Notes: a model not told the origin generated them from the sequence alone. Shown: positions 39,982 through 50,541, counted from the first letter of the stretch. The stretch: 64,000 nucleotides of DNA from Spirochaetia bacterium (GCA_963692905.1 OY843583.1:21703-85702); one strand, 5' to 3'. A program made the numbers and translations.

Positions 39982-40982
39982 GCGATATATGTTTCTTTGG
40001 AGAAGCATTGATTGACCTGTACACCACTGATACACCTGCTGAGCCTGCAGAAGAGGTGGCGCTTACCGCCAATCTAGGTGGCGGCATATTTAATGCAACT
40101 GTGGCAGCCAACCGCTGGCTACAGCGCTATGGTGGAGAGACCAAGCCTCAGATTCATTTTCTTGGGGGGGTTTCAGATGATTTTTTTGGTATGCGTTTTA
40201 TCTCGCTCTTTGAGCGGGAGGGCATCGCCACTCAGTATTGCTATCGCAGCGATGCCCCCAGCTCCTTTGCGCTGGTAAGCCTTGATCAGCAGGGAGAGCG
40301 CAGCTTTCAGTTTTTTCGTAAGGAGAGCGCCGATGTACTCATTCCTACCTCGCATCTTAAGGCCGAGTGGTTTCAACACTTTTCATTAGTGGCGCTAGGC
40401 ACCAACTGTATGACCGATAGCCACTGCGCGGAAACTTCAGCCCGGTTTGTAAGGCTGGCCCAGGAGGCCCATATTCCCATAGCCTTTGATCCCAATATAC
40501 GACCAGCGCTGTGGAGCGAGCCAGATCAGCTGGTGCCCCGTATTCAGCGCACTCTGCGCGAGAGCTCTCTTATCAAGATAGCTGAAGAGGAATTAGCTGT
40601 CGTCTTTCCCCAAGAGGAGCCGGCAGATGCTATTCGCCATATTCTTAAGGAGCAGCGAGCAGAGGTGGGGTGGCGATTGCTTTTTGTCACCCGTGGAGCG
40701 GCTGGCGCTAGCCTCTATTACCCAGAGGGGAGCCATGTCGAATGTCCGACACCATCGGCAACCGCAGTAGATACCACCGGCGCCGGTGATGCCTTTTTTG
40801 GCAGCCTCTGTAGCAGCCTTATTAAGCGCCTGCCTGAACTCTTTGCGAAACCTCCCCTCTCAGCCGCGGCCATCATTGCCAGTGACGAGGGGCACACCCA
40901 AATAGAGGGCGCTCTTAAGGACGCGGTGCACTTTGCCACCCACACCACCGCCCATCGAGGTGCTATTCGCTACTCATTGTAG
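39978..40982 (+). CDS. PfkB-family carbohydrate kinase (fructokinase-like).
   Basis: C-terminal DTTGAGDAFFGSL anion-hole motif and a ribokinase-like fold. The start overlaps the glucosidase stop by 4 nt. Confidence 0.8.
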   Translation: MSDICFFGEALIDLYTTDTPAEPAEEVALTANLGGGIFNATVAANRWLQRYGGETKPQIHFLGGVSDDFFGMRFISLFEREGIATQYCYRSDAPSSFALVSLDQQGERSFQFFRKESADVLIPTSHLKAEWFQHFSLVALGTNCMTDSHCAETSARFVRLAQEAHIPIAFDPNIRPALWSEPDQLVPRIQRTLRESSLIKIAEEELAVVFPQEEPADAIRHILKEQRAEVGWRLLFVTRGAAGASLYYPEGSHVECPTPSATAVDTTGAGDAFFGSLCSSLIKRLPELFAKPPLSAAAIIASDEGHTQIEGALKDAVHFATHTTAHRGAIRYSL

Positions 40983-41015
40983 TTTGGCTGATACCCGTCC
41001 CTTATTGAGCTACTT

Positions 41016-42398
41016 TTGACCCTATTGGGACAAGATGCTATAGTGGAGATGAGCAGGGATGAAGCTATGGCAGCAGATAACAGCCACGCAGCGGGGTCGC
41101 GCTGCAATGTAATACAGGTAGCCCAACAGGCGCGGCAGAGCTCACAACGCTTGGCGGCCTCCTCAGGAGAGAGTCGCCGCGCCGCGCTTCTAGCAGTTGC
41201 TGCACAGCTACGGAGACGCTGCGGCGAGATAGTAGCCGCCAATCAACAGGACTGTCGGCGCGCCGAACAGCAGCGATTGAGCACTCCTCTTCTTAAGCGC
41301 CTGCGCCTAGAACCGGCGGGGGTAGAGAAGCTCTGTCAGGCTATTGAGGAGCTGGCACATAGACCAGATCCCCTAAATCAAAAACTGGAATCGCGTCAGC
41401 TAGATCAGCATCTTATTTTACATCGTCGCACAGTGCCCATTGGTGTCATTGGCTTTATCTTTGAGTCGCGCCCCGATGCGCTGATACAGATTGTCAGCTT
41501 GGCGCTTAAGAGTGCCAACTGCGCCATCCTCAAGGGGGGTAGCGAGGCGCAGGCTACCAATAGCCGATTAGTTCAAATTATAGGTGAAGCGGCAGCGCAG
41601 GTAAAGGAGATCCCAGCCCATTGGCTGGCATTGCTTCCCGATCGGCAGGCGGTACAGGAACTATTGCAGCTGGAAGACTATATCGATTTAGTTATTCCGC
41701 GAGGCTCTAATCAATTTGTGCAGCATATCATGCGCCATAGTAATATCCCAGTGCTAGGGCATGCCGACGGCATCTGCCACCTCTACATTGACAGAGAGGT
41801 TGATAGTCAGATGGCCCAGCGCCTAGCTATAGATGGTAAATGCCAATATGTAGCAGTCTGCAATGCACTAGAGACTATATTGCTCCATCGCACAATAGCA
41901 CCTAAGCTGCTTCCCCAGCTGGTAGGGGCATTACAGGAGCGGGGAGTAGAGACACGAGGATGCGAGCAGTGCCGCTCCCTAATGCCTAAGTTGGCGGCCG
42001 CCACTGAGGAGGATTGGCGCACTGAATATCTGAATACCGTTGTTGCTTTGCGTATAGTGCAGAATCTAGAGGCAGCTATTGCGCATATCAATCATTATGG
42101 CTCGCATCACACCGATGCAATTGTGAGTTCGAACCGCGAGCGGGCTAATTTTTTTATGCAGCGGGTCGATTCAGCCAGTGTTATTCATAATGCCAGCACC
42201 CGCTTTGCCGATGGCTACCGCTATGGACTAGGTGCCGAAGTGGGTATTGCTACCGGCAAACTGCATGCCCGGGGACCGGTGGGATTAGCTGGATTGCTCA
42301 GCTACAAATGGTATCTCTATGGATCGGGAGAGGTGGTAGCCGACTATGTGGGCCAAGCGGCGCGTCCCTTTCTGCACCGCGATCTTAAGGATGAGTAA
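41016..42398 (+). CDS. proA: Gamma-glutamyl phosphate reductase (glutamate-5-semialdehyde dehydrogenase).
   Basis: ProA motifs IPRGSNQFVQHI, HTDAIVS and NASTRFADG. The N-terminal start is uncertain: the first 15-20 codons may not be coding. Confidence 0.85.
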   Translation: MTLLGQDAIVEMSRDEAMAADNSHAAGSRCNVIQVAQQARQSSQRLAASSGESRRAALLAVAAQLRRRCGEIVAANQQDCRRAEQQRLSTPLLKRLRLEPAGVEKLCQAIEELAHRPDPLNQKLESRQLDQHLILHRRTVPIGVIGFIFESRPDALIQIVSLALKSANCAILKGGSEAQATNSRLVQIIGEAAAQVKEIPAHWLALLPDRQAVQELLQLEDYIDLVIPRGSNQFVQHIMRHSNIPVLGHADGICHLYIDREVDSQMAQRLAIDGKCQYVAVCNALETILLHRTIAPKLLPQLVGALQERGVETRGCEQCRSLMPKLAAATEEDWRTEYLNTVVALRIVQNLEAAIAHINHYGSHHTDAIVSSNRERANFFMQRVDSASVIHNASTRFADGYRYGLGAEVGIATGKLHARGPVGLAGLLSYKWYLYGSGEVVADYVGQAARPFLHRDLKDE

Positions 42399-43542
42399 CT
42401 CCTCCTCTTCCGCCGAGAGCCCTCGGGCCTCTCTTGAGCGCTGTCGGCGCATTGTGGTTAAGGTAGGGACCAACACTCTTATTGAGCGGGGAAAGCTCCA
42501 TCTGCCTACGGTGCAGGGACTAGCACAACAAATTTCGCAGTTGCAAGGCGAGGGGAGGCAGCTGGTGTTGGTCACCTCTGGCGCAGTGGGGATGGGGGCC
42601 GCCGCCTTGGGGCTAGCTCCTCCCATACAGGATATTCGCCTGCGACAGGCCGCTGCTGCAGTGGGGCAGCCGCTCCTAATGCAGAGCTACCGTCTGTTTT
42701 TTCAACGCCATCGCCAACTAGTGGCGCAGGTATTGATGGCTCGTGAGCATTTCAATAATCGCCGTCGTTACCTTAATCTACGCAACACCTTGGAGACCCT
42801 ACTGAGCCGCCGGGTAGTGCCTATTTGCAACGAAAATGACAGCGTAGCTACTGACGAACTGGATGAGAGCTTTGGCGATAACGATTATCTATGCGCCCTT
42901 ATTGCTGGCAAATTGGATGCCGATCTTTTGATATTACTAACCGATACCGATGCGCTCTACAGCAGTCATCCTCATGAAAAGGAGGACGCCTATCCTTTGC
43001 GGATAGTGAAAAAAATTGACAGTGAGCTATTATCGCGCGCCTCTTCAGCTTCGCAGGCCTTTAGCAGCGGCGGTATGCATGCCAAACTTAAGGCTATTCG
43101 GGTGGCCCGGCGGGCCGGCTGCCATACGCTCATTGCGTTGGGAAGAGCCTCTCAAATATTGCTACGGCTGCTTCAGGGAGAGGAGCTTGGCACGCTCTTT
43201 CCAGCGGCGCGCTCCCTATCGCAGCGCAAGCGATGGATGTTGGTGGGTACCCCCCAGGGGCGCATTTCCATAGATAGGGGGGCACTACAGGCGCTACAGG
43301 GAGGCAAGAGTCTGCTACCGCGGGGAGTAATTGCTATAGAGGGACACTTTCCAGCACAGGCGCTCATTGAGGTGCATCTAGAGCAGCTGGGCTCTCCCTG
43401 CGCCCGCCTCATAACCACGCTCAGCAGCGAGCAGTTAGGCGCAATAATTGGCAAACGTAGCGATGAGGCGCTACATATTCTACCCAATGTGTCGGCCCTG
43501 ATAGCCCGTCCGGAGCGGATTGTTCTCTTAGAGGAGAATTAG
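42391..43542 (+). CDS. proB: Glutamate 5-kinase with a C-terminal PUA domain.
   Basis: RIVVKVGTNTL N-terminus, an amino-acid kinase fold and a PUA domain. It overlaps the proA stop by 8 nt. Confidence 0.85.
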   Translation: MSNSSSSAESPRASLERCRRIVVKVGTNTLIERGKLHLPTVQGLAQQISQLQGEGRQLVLVTSGAVGMGAAALGLAPPIQDIRLRQAAAAVGQPLLMQSYRLFFQRHRQLVAQVLMAREHFNNRRRYLNLRNTLETLLSRRVVPICNENDSVATDELDESFGDNDYLCALIAGKLDADLLILLTDTDALYSSHPHEKEDAYPLRIVKKIDSELLSRASSASQAFSSGGMHAKLKAIRVARRAGCHTLIALGRASQILLRLLQGEELGTLFPAARSLSQRKRWMLVGTPQGRISIDRGALQALQGGKSLLPRGVIAIEGHFPAQALIEVHLEQLGSPCARLITTLSSEQLGAIIGKRSDEALHILPNVSALIARPERIVLLEEN

Positions 43543-43624
43543 CAACATTCCAATATTGCAATAGAACCCACTAAGTTTTTAAAACATTTAACTTTACAGT
43601 TGCTATTGTCGATACTCAATATGG

Positions 43625-44467
43625 ATGAGTAGAGACTGGCGGATCTGCCTATGGCCAATCGGACTATTGTTTACCTTTGGTAGCACCCTGCTTGATGCGG
43701 AGACTAACCATACTATTCGCAAAGGTGAGACCATTTATTCATTGGCGCGCAAATATCAAACAACTCCCGAAGCCATTATCTCGGTAAATCGTATAGGAGA
43801 TCATACCAATATCTCGGTGGGGGCACAGTTGGTTATACCGCAGTATCACACAGTAGCCAAAAATGAAACCTACTATAGTATCGCCAAACGCTATGCAATC
43901 ACCGTGGGGCAACTTCTGGCACTTAACTCGCGATCCTCTTCAAATATATTGGGTATAGGTGAGCGCTTGGTAGTGCCGGTAGAGAGCGCTACTCTCCCCT
44001 CCGCGGCAGCGGCATCTCCGCCTCCTCCCCCGGAAGTGGGTGGCAGCGCGCCAAAGCCGGTTCCCGCGCCTGTTGCTTCGCCAGTTTCTACTAGGTTGGC
44101 ATCCACCACTTCCGATAACTTCTGGCCACATAGCGGCAAGCGGGGAGAGATGAAGGGCAAGTTTCCCGCAGTAACCTTTGAGGCACAGGCGGGGGATGCG
44201 GTACGGGCGGTATATGATGGACGGGTAATCTATGTGGGTAATAATCCCCATTTTGGCCGAGTAGTTTTTGTTCAGGCCTCTACGGGGCACATCTATATCT
44301 ATGGCGGACACGATAGTGTAGAGGTGCAGGTGGGATCGTTGGTGTCAGTAGGCAGTGTAGTAGGACGAGTAGGACGTCCAGGGGCGCATCAACAGCATCC
44401 CCGGATCTATTTTAGTGTGTGGCATGCCAATCGCTTTGTCGATCCTCAGCTGGCGCCTAGGGGATAG
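43625..44467 (+). CDS. LysM-domain M23 family metallopeptidase.
   Basis: Two LysM modules (IRKGETIYSLARKY, AKNETYYSIAKRY), a Pro-rich linker and a C-terminal M23 domain. Confidence 0.75.
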   Translation: MSRDWRICLWPIGLLFTFGSTLLDAETNHTIRKGETIYSLARKYQTTPEAIISVNRIGDHTNISVGAQLVIPQYHTVAKNETYYSIAKRYAITVGQLLALNSRSSSNILGIGERLVVPVESATLPSAAAASPPPPPEVGGSAPKPVPAPVASPVSTRLASTTSDNFWPHSGKRGEMKGKFPAVTFEAQAGDAVRAVYDGRVIYVGNNPHFGRVVFVQASTGHIYIYGGHDSVEVQVGSLVSVGSVVGRVGRPGAHQQHPRIYFSVWHANRFVDPQLAPRG

Positions 44468-44494
44468 CATCATGAGGCAGGGAAAATAACCCAG

Positions 44495-45355
44495 ATGTAT
44501 TCTCAGGAGGAGAACTATATACCACCCAGCTACTACGAAGAGATGAGCCTTCATCCTCCATTGAACGCTGATGAGGAGCAGCGCTATTTTAAGCAGTACC
44601 GTATTGCGAAGCGGCGTCTAGAGCGCTGTCGACGCGCAGAACGGGCAACAATGGAGCATCAGCATGCCAAACTGCACCGCCTGCTTTTTATCTCCAATTT
44701 GCGTTTGGTAGTTTCAATTGCTAAAAATTATGCCAACCGGGGGATCAGTTTTCATGATCTTATCAATGAGGGCAGTATTGGGCTTCTGGAGGCTGTTGAG
44801 CGCTTTGATGTGGGGCGAGGTTTGCGTTTCTCTACCTACGCCACCTGGGGGATACGGCAGGCGATCATTAAATTAGTAAGTGATCACGCTAACTCAATAC
44901 GACTGCCGCTACACGCGCTCTATTTGCTTAAGAAGTACCGTATGGCCACCAATGAACTAACACAGAAGAATGGACGCCTTCCTAATATTACTGAGGTAGC
45001 AGCATTACTTAATGTTTCACAAAAATGCATTCAGCGGGTGTTGAATGTAACTCAGAATAATGAGTCAGAAGAGTATCATCAATCAAATAGCACGCCCGGC
45101 GACCTCAGTGATCTCCCCGATTCTCGGGGGCGACTATCTCCGGCACTGCCCGATGCACTAGCCAAAATGGTAATTAACAATGCCTTTAAGACCCTCACTG
45201 AGCGGGAGTGTTATATACTGAAAATGCGCTTTGGTCTGGAAGGCTATTGGCCGCATACCTTTGATGAAATTAGCAATCAAATTGGCGTGACCCGCGAGCG
45301 AGTGAGGCAGATTCAAAAGCGGGCGCTGGAGAAGCTACGGGCAACAGTAACTTAA
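44495..45355 (+). CDS. Sigma-70 family RNA polymerase sigma factor (group 2/3, RpoS-like).
   Basis: Regions 2.1-2.4 (DLINEGSIGLLEAVERF, FSTYATWGIRQAI), region 3 and a region 4 HTH (FDEISNQIGVTRERVRQIQKRALEKLR). Confidence 0.75.
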   Translation: MYSQEENYIPPSYYEEMSLHPPLNADEEQRYFKQYRIAKRRLERCRRAERATMEHQHAKLHRLLFISNLRLVVSIAKNYANRGISFHDLINEGSIGLLEAVERFDVGRGLRFSTYATWGIRQAIIKLVSDHANSIRLPLHALYLLKKYRMATNELTQKNGRLPNITEVAALLNVSQKCIQRVLNVTQNNESEEYHQSNSTPGDLSDLPDSRGRLSPALPDALAKMVINNAFKTLTERECYILKMRFGLEGYWPHTFDEISNQIGVTRERVRQIQKRALEKLRATVT

Positions 45356-45478
45356 GGCGGAAAAGTAAATAATTCTCAAAACGCGGTGGGCTGGCATATA
45401 GGAGTGGTTATATATGGCCAAACTACTTGCTACCGATAGCTTATGTTGCATACAATAAAATGGCTAAAGAGAGGTAAA

Positions 45479-45745
45479 ATGGAATTTGGACTAATAATAG
45501 TGCTATTGCTGAGAATATTCCTCATTATAGGGGCAATACTAGGCGGCGTGATATGGATAGAGAGGCGCTTCGACAAGAAAATTGATCGAAAAATTAAAAC
45601 GCAGATAGAAGATCGTTTGTCAAACCAAATTAATGGGGAAGAGACAGATCTTAAGGGAGAAATAGGAAAATCAGAGAAGCGTATGATTGACAGAATGGAT
45701 AAGCTATTCAAAACATATTTCTCCAAATCCAAAGATGAAAACTAA
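45479..45745 (+). CDS. Hypothetical small single-pass membrane protein, Lys/Asp-rich, in an AT-rich stretch.
   Basis: Strong RBS GAGAGG 6 nt before ATG (MEFGLIIV...) and one TM helix followed by a charged tail. Confidence 0.3.
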   Translation: MEFGLIIVLLLRIFLIIGAILGGVIWIERRFDKKIDRKIKTQIEDRLSNQINGEETDLKGEIGKSEKRMIDRMDKLFKTYFSKSKDEN

Positions 45746-45933
45746 TATTTCCAGCCTTGAAGCGACGCTGTAAGGAGCTCCCGCTCTATAGTCTACACAG
45801 CAGTAGATGATTCTCTATAGACATTCTCCTAAGGCGCAAACAACCAATCCAGAGGTAGATGCTGCCTATGGTTGTTTCTTTTTTACAATCAATATAAGAT
45901 AATCGAATAGAAAATGAATGAGGGGTTAGAGGT

Positions 45934-47208
45934 GTGGTTGGCATAGATAACATTGCGCTCTATGTGCCCCGCCAACGTATCCTTTTAGAACAGCTAGTTA
46001 AGCATCGGGCAGAGAATAATCCGGCACTTGTTCGGGCATTGCGTTTGGCTATTCGTAATACTGGCCAGCAGTCTATCCGCTTTCCTTACCTGTGGGAGGA
46101 TACCGCCACCATGTGCGCAGAAGCTGCCCGCCAGCTTTTAACCCATCCCAATGGTTCGCTAGACGCCGCCAGCTATAACAGTAGATCGCTGCGTTATCTA
46201 GCGGTAGGCACTGAAAGCGGCCTGGATCAGGCTAAGGCGCTGGCCTCCTACACTGAGGGGATGCTCCAGCGCTCGGGCATTGCCATTCCTCAGACCATCT
46301 CCACTTTTCAGGTACAACAGGCCTGTGCCGGCGGTTCAGTGGCGCTAGTAAGCATTGCGGCGCTGCTTGAAATGAGCGCTGCCGAAGAGGAGTGCGGATT
46401 AGTTATCTGTTCTGATATTGCCCATTATGAGGCGGGGAGCGCGGCAGAGATTACGCAGGGCGCCGGAGCGGTAGCGCTTTTAGTAAGCAAACAACCGCGT
46501 CTCATTGAATTGGATCTCTCGGCACTAGGACATGCCTCGCAGGATGTAGATGATTTTTTTCGCCCTCTAGGGGCAACTAGCGCACGGGTTAAGGGCCGCT
46601 ATTCGGTTGACTGCTACATTGAAGCATTGCGGATAGCCTTTGCCGATTATTGCCGTTCAGTGCAACGCCCACCTCATGAGTTATTGCAGGAGACAGAGCT
46701 CTTTGTACTGCATAACCCCTTCCGCAATATGGCTGAACAGGCCCTCCATAACCTGCTGCGCCATGACGGTAGACTCTCCTCCTCAGAGATTGAACGCTAT
46801 CTTGCTGAGCGGGGCTTTGAGGCGGCGGTGGCACCTACTGCAGAGGTGGGCAATATCTATTCTGGCTCAACCTACCTTTCATTAGCCTTCCTACTTAAAG
46901 AGCGTTGGCAACATTGGGGCAATGACATTGTCGGTAAGCGTATTTTAATATGCTCCTACGGCTCTGGTAATACCATGCTACTTATTCCCGGCCGGGTTGC
47001 CAAAGCGGCCCCAGCACTCTTGGCTGAATGGGATATTGAGCAAATACATAATGATTATGTAGATGCCACTCTGGAACAATACCAGCAGTGGATGGAGTCT
47101 CCCTTCGGCCGGCCCCTTACTGCCTCCTCTCCGGCAGCTATTCACAATAATCATTATTATCTTTCTAGAATACGTGACGATGGCTACCGTGAATACCAGC
47201 ACCAATAA
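45934..47208 (+). CDS. mvaS: Hydroxymethylglutaryl-CoA synthase.
   Basis: HMGS motifs VGIDNIALYVP, EITQGAGAVA, NIYSGSTYLSL and CSYGSGN, with a C-terminal YYLSRIRDDGYREY. Confidence 0.8.
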   Translation: MVGIDNIALYVPRQRILLEQLVKHRAENNPALVRALRLAIRNTGQQSIRFPYLWEDTATMCAEAARQLLTHPNGSLDAASYNSRSLRYLAVGTESGLDQAKALASYTEGMLQRSGIAIPQTISTFQVQQACAGGSVALVSIAALLEMSAAEEECGLVICSDIAHYEAGSAAEITQGAGAVALLVSKQPRLIELDLSALGHASQDVDDFFRPLGATSARVKGRYSVDCYIEALRIAFADYCRSVQRPPHELLQETELFVLHNPFRNMAEQALHNLLRHDGRLSSSEIERYLAERGFEAAVAPTAEVGNIYSGSTYLSLAFLLKERWQHWGNDIVGKRILICSYGSGNTMLLIPGRVAKAAPALLAEWDIEQIHNDYVDATLEQYQQWMESPFGRPLTASSPAAIHNNHYYLSRIRDDGYREYQHQ

Positions 47209-48277
47209 GAAGATCCCTTTTCGTAAGGCTGAGCATCTAATGCTCTGTCTTGATGATCGCTATCAAGTAGAGTCCGACATATCTACCGGCTTTCAAGAGC
47301 TTCAATTTGTACATAGTGCCTTTCCCGAATCGACTATCTCAGAGATAGATACCTCCACTACTTGGTTGGGCTACAAGTTGGCAATGCCTTTTTTTATCTC
47401 GCCCATGACTGGAGGTTCAGAGGATGGTTATCGCATAAATCGCGATCTAGCCCAGGCTGCGCAGAAGGCGCGGGTGGCAGTAGGTATGGGCTCTATACGG
47501 GTACTTTTTAGCTATCCGGAGGTGCTGAATCACTTCCAGATTAAGAAATTTACCCCTGATGTGCCACTTATTGCCAATATCGGCGCAGTACAACTTACCC
47601 AATATTCGCCGGCCGATATTATCCAGATGGTTCAGCGACTAGAGGCCGATGCGCTCTCGTTGCATCTCAACTGCGGTCAGGAGCTCTTCCAACCACGGGG
47701 CGACAGGGATTTTCGCGGCATAAAGCGGGCTATAGTGCATCTCCGCCAGAAGAGCCCCTTCCCACTGATAGTCAAGGAGACCGGCTTTGGTATCGATCCC
47801 GCCACTATTCGTTGGCTATTGGCAGAGGGCATTGATTTTGTAGATGTAGCGGGTGCCGGAGGAAGTAATTGGATACGAGTAGAGAGCTATCGTAGTGATG
47901 GCCCGCCGCAGCAGGATAATGTATTTAATAGCTGGGGAATTCCTACCGCCTATATTTTAGGTGCACTTAAAGATTGTGCGGCGCATCTTATTGCTTCTGG
48001 TGGCATACGGAATGCGCTAGATATAGCCAAAGCATTGGCGTTAGGCGCCCATCTCACTGCCAGCGCGCTCCCGCTTATCCGTACTCTTTCGCAATCGGGA
48101 AGCGAGGGGCTGGTGGCCTATATTGCCCGATTGCGTCATACCTTGCTCTCTATTATGGTACTCACCTCTTGCCCTACCATTGAGGCGCTGCGTCAACGCT
48201 CATTGATTAAGAACTCCCGGTTTGTAGAGCAGGTGGCGCAACTCTCCTCCTTCAGCGAATATGCCGAGAGTAGATAG
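47180..48277 (+). CDS. fni: Type 2 isopentenyl-diphosphate delta-isomerase (FMN-dependent).
   Basis: IDI-2 motifs FFISPMTGG and GGIRNALDIAKALALGA in a TIM-barrel. The start was trimmed to MATVNT and overlaps the mvaS end. Confidence 0.8.
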   Translation: MATVNTSTNKKIPFRKAEHLMLCLDDRYQVESDISTGFQELQFVHSAFPESTISEIDTSTTWLGYKLAMPFFISPMTGGSEDGYRINRDLAQAAQKARVAVGMGSIRVLFSYPEVLNHFQIKKFTPDVPLIANIGAVQLTQYSPADIIQMVQRLEADALSLHLNCGQELFQPRGDRDFRGIKRAIVHLRQKSPFPLIVKETGFGIDPATIRWLLAEGIDFVDVAGAGGSNWIRVESYRSDGPPQQDNVFNSWGIPTAYILGALKDCAAHLIASGGIRNALDIAKALALGAHLTASALPLIRTLSQSGSEGLVAYIARLRHTLLSIMVLTSCPTIEALRQRSLIKNSRFVEQVAQLSSFSEYAESR

Positions 48278-49547
48278 CTCCCCAGTGCAATCCCTCCCGC
48301 GCTCCTTTCGTAAACTCGCTATTGAGGAGCGACGGCAGCTATTACAGAGCACCTTTGATTATCCCCTGACCGCTGATCCAATAGCCCTAGCCGATGTGAT
48401 GGTAGAGAATGCCATCGGCTATCGACAGATACCTATGGGAGTTGTAACCTCGCTATCTGTTGATAAGGTAACCCGCACCATTCCCCTAGCTACTGAGGAG
48501 CCCTCAGTAATAGCCGCCCTTCAATATGGAGGCGCTATTCTAACGGCACATGGCGGTGTGGCCACTACGGCATCCGCGCCGCTTATGGGTGCCCAGATAT
48601 TTTTAGAGGACTGTCAGCATCAAGCGCTGGTGGCGCTTCAAAAGGCGCATGCTGATTCTCTCCGTTTATTCAACAAGACCTTTCATAGCCTACAGCTACG
48701 TGGCGGTGGGCTGCGAGATCTCCAATATCGCTGGATTGGTCTTGATGGACAATCGCTGACTCGCATACTTGTGGTGGAGTTTTGGGTAGATGTGCGCGAT
48801 GCATTGGGGGCTAATCGTCTTAATAGCGCCGCCGAGGCGCTGGCGTCCCATTTTGCTACTATTGCCGGTGGTCGGCGACTTTTTGCTATTCTTTCTAATG
48901 CTGCCGAACGCCGTTTGGTTACTGCTACCTTTACCCTGCCTATTGCCGCACTGCGTAGCCCGGCGCGCCCTCCCGAGGAGATTGCTAGAGCTATAGTAAC
49001 GGCCTCGGACATTGCTCAGCACGACCCTCGACGAGCTATTACCCACAACAAGGGAATCATGAATGGGGTAAGCGCGGTAGCGCTAGCCACCGGTAATGAT
49101 ACTCGCGCTCTAGAGGCGGCGGTACATGGTTATGCCTCTCGAGATGGCCATTGTCGAGGGTTGTCTCTCTATCAGGTGAGCGGCACTATGTTAACCGCTA
49201 GGCTTACTATGCCTCTTCCTTTAGCACTAGTGGGTGGTGCGGTAGCTTTCCAGAGTGATAGCCGAGCTGCACTGCGCATGCTACAGGTGCAATCCTCCTC
49301 GGAGCTCTCAGCAGTAGCTGCGGCGGTGGGGCTTACCCAAAATTTTGCGGCGCTCTTAGCATTGGTAGGAGTGGGTATCCAAACGGGTCACATGCGGCAG
49401 CATGCGCTACGCTTGGCGTGGCAGGTGGGAGCGCGTCAGGTGCATTTGACTGAAGTGGCTAATGAGCTGCATCGCCGTCGACGCTATACCATTGCTGAAG
49501 CCAAGAAAATATATAAAGATATTCTTAAGCATGAAGCCCATGACTAA
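48261..49547 (+). CDS. mvaA: Hydroxymethylglutaryl-CoA reductase (class II-like).
   Basis: HMGR catalytic-domain motifs IPMGVVTSL, EEPSVIAA and DAMGAN-like LGANRLN. Length 428 aa. Confidence 0.75.
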   Translation: MPRVDSSPVQSLPRSFRKLAIEERRQLLQSTFDYPLTADPIALADVMVENAIGYRQIPMGVVTSLSVDKVTRTIPLATEEPSVIAALQYGGAILTAHGGVATTASAPLMGAQIFLEDCQHQALVALQKAHADSLRLFNKTFHSLQLRGGGLRDLQYRWIGLDGQSLTRILVVEFWVDVRDALGANRLNSAAEALASHFATIAGGRRLFAILSNAAERRLVTATFTLPIAALRSPARPPEEIARAIVTASDIAQHDPRRAITHNKGIMNGVSAVALATGNDTRALEAAVHGYASRDGHCRGLSLYQVSGTMLTARLTMPLPLALVGGAVAFQSDSRAALRMLQVQSSSELSAVAAAVGLTQNFAALLALVGVGIQTGHMRQHALRLAWQVGARQVHLTEVANELHRRRRYTIAEAKKIYKDILKHEAHD

Positions 49548-50541
49548 GCCGGTTCGCTGCCAACTTTCACCCAGTTTAGCGCTCATAAAATATTGGGGGA
49601 AACGGGGGAGGCAACATATTCCCGCCACTACCAGCATTGCTACCTCGTTAAATGCGCTACATAACTCGGTTACTGTAGCTATTGCCTCTAAAGATGAGCT
49701 ACAGCTCAATGGCCAGCAGCTATCAGCTGTAGTGGTGAAGAAATATTATCTCCCCTTTCTTGATCATCTAAGAGCGCATCTTCGGGTATCATGCCATTTT
49801 GCTATTGATATGCTCCTTAATTTTCCGTTGGCTGCCGGATTGGCCAGTTCCTCTAGTATCTTTGCCTCGCTCACCTTAGCATTGACTTCCCTCTGCAATT
49901 ACCGAGGATCTCCGGCTACGCTTTCATCGCTGGCGCGCCAGGGATCTACTTCGGCGGCGCGTGCTATCTTTGGGGGCTTTGTGATCTTCCCAGCGGGGGC
50001 ACGGGCCGCGCGCCCGCTCCCCCTACCCCACCATTGGAGTGAATTGCGAATTATTGTGGCAATTACCGACCACAGTTACAAGCGGGTAAGCACTCGTCCA
50101 GCCATGAGTGTGGTACAGCGAAGCTCTTTTGCCTATCGCGGATGGGTATGGAGCGCCCAGAAAATTGCGACAACCGCCCGCGCCGCTCTGCGGGAACACA
50201 ACCTTGAGAAGTTGGGTGAGGCTATGCGAGCTAGCTATTTGGGTATGCATGCTACCATGTTGGCGGCTCGTCCCCCCATTCTCTATTGGAATGAGAATAG
50301 TATTAAGTTAATTCATCTCTGTGAGGATTTACGTCTTAGGGGCATTGAAGCCTGGGAGACAATGGATGCCGGTCCTCAAGTAAAAATTCTTACCACTCAA
50401 CAACATGTACCGCGCATTATGCGAGAAATAGAGGGCCTGAAGGGGGTAAAATCAGTGGTAAGCGAGCTAGGAGTTGCCCCACAAATAGAGCGTCTAGCAA
50501 CAGTGGCGCCCAAGGAGCTTGTCGAGCTGGTATGCCGATGA
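49531..50541 (+). CDS. mvaD: Diphosphomevalonate decarboxylase.
   Basis: PSLALIKYWGKR signature and a GHMP-kinase fold. The start was trimmed to MKPMTKP and overlaps the mvaA stop. Confidence 0.8.
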   Translation: MKPMTKPVRCQLSPSLALIKYWGKRGRQHIPATTSIATSLNALHNSVTVAIASKDELQLNGQQLSAVVVKKYYLPFLDHLRAHLRVSCHFAIDMLLNFPLAAGLASSSSIFASLTLALTSLCNYRGSPATLSSLARQGSTSAARAIFGGFVIFPAGARAARPLPLPHHWSELRIIVAITDHSYKRVSTRPAMSVVQRSSFAYRGWVWSAQKIATTARAALREHNLEKLGEAMRASYLGMHATMLAARPPILYWNENSIKLIHLCEDLRLRGIEAWETMDAGPQVKILTTQQHVPRIMREIEGLKGVKSVVSELGVAPQIERLATVAPKELVELVCR

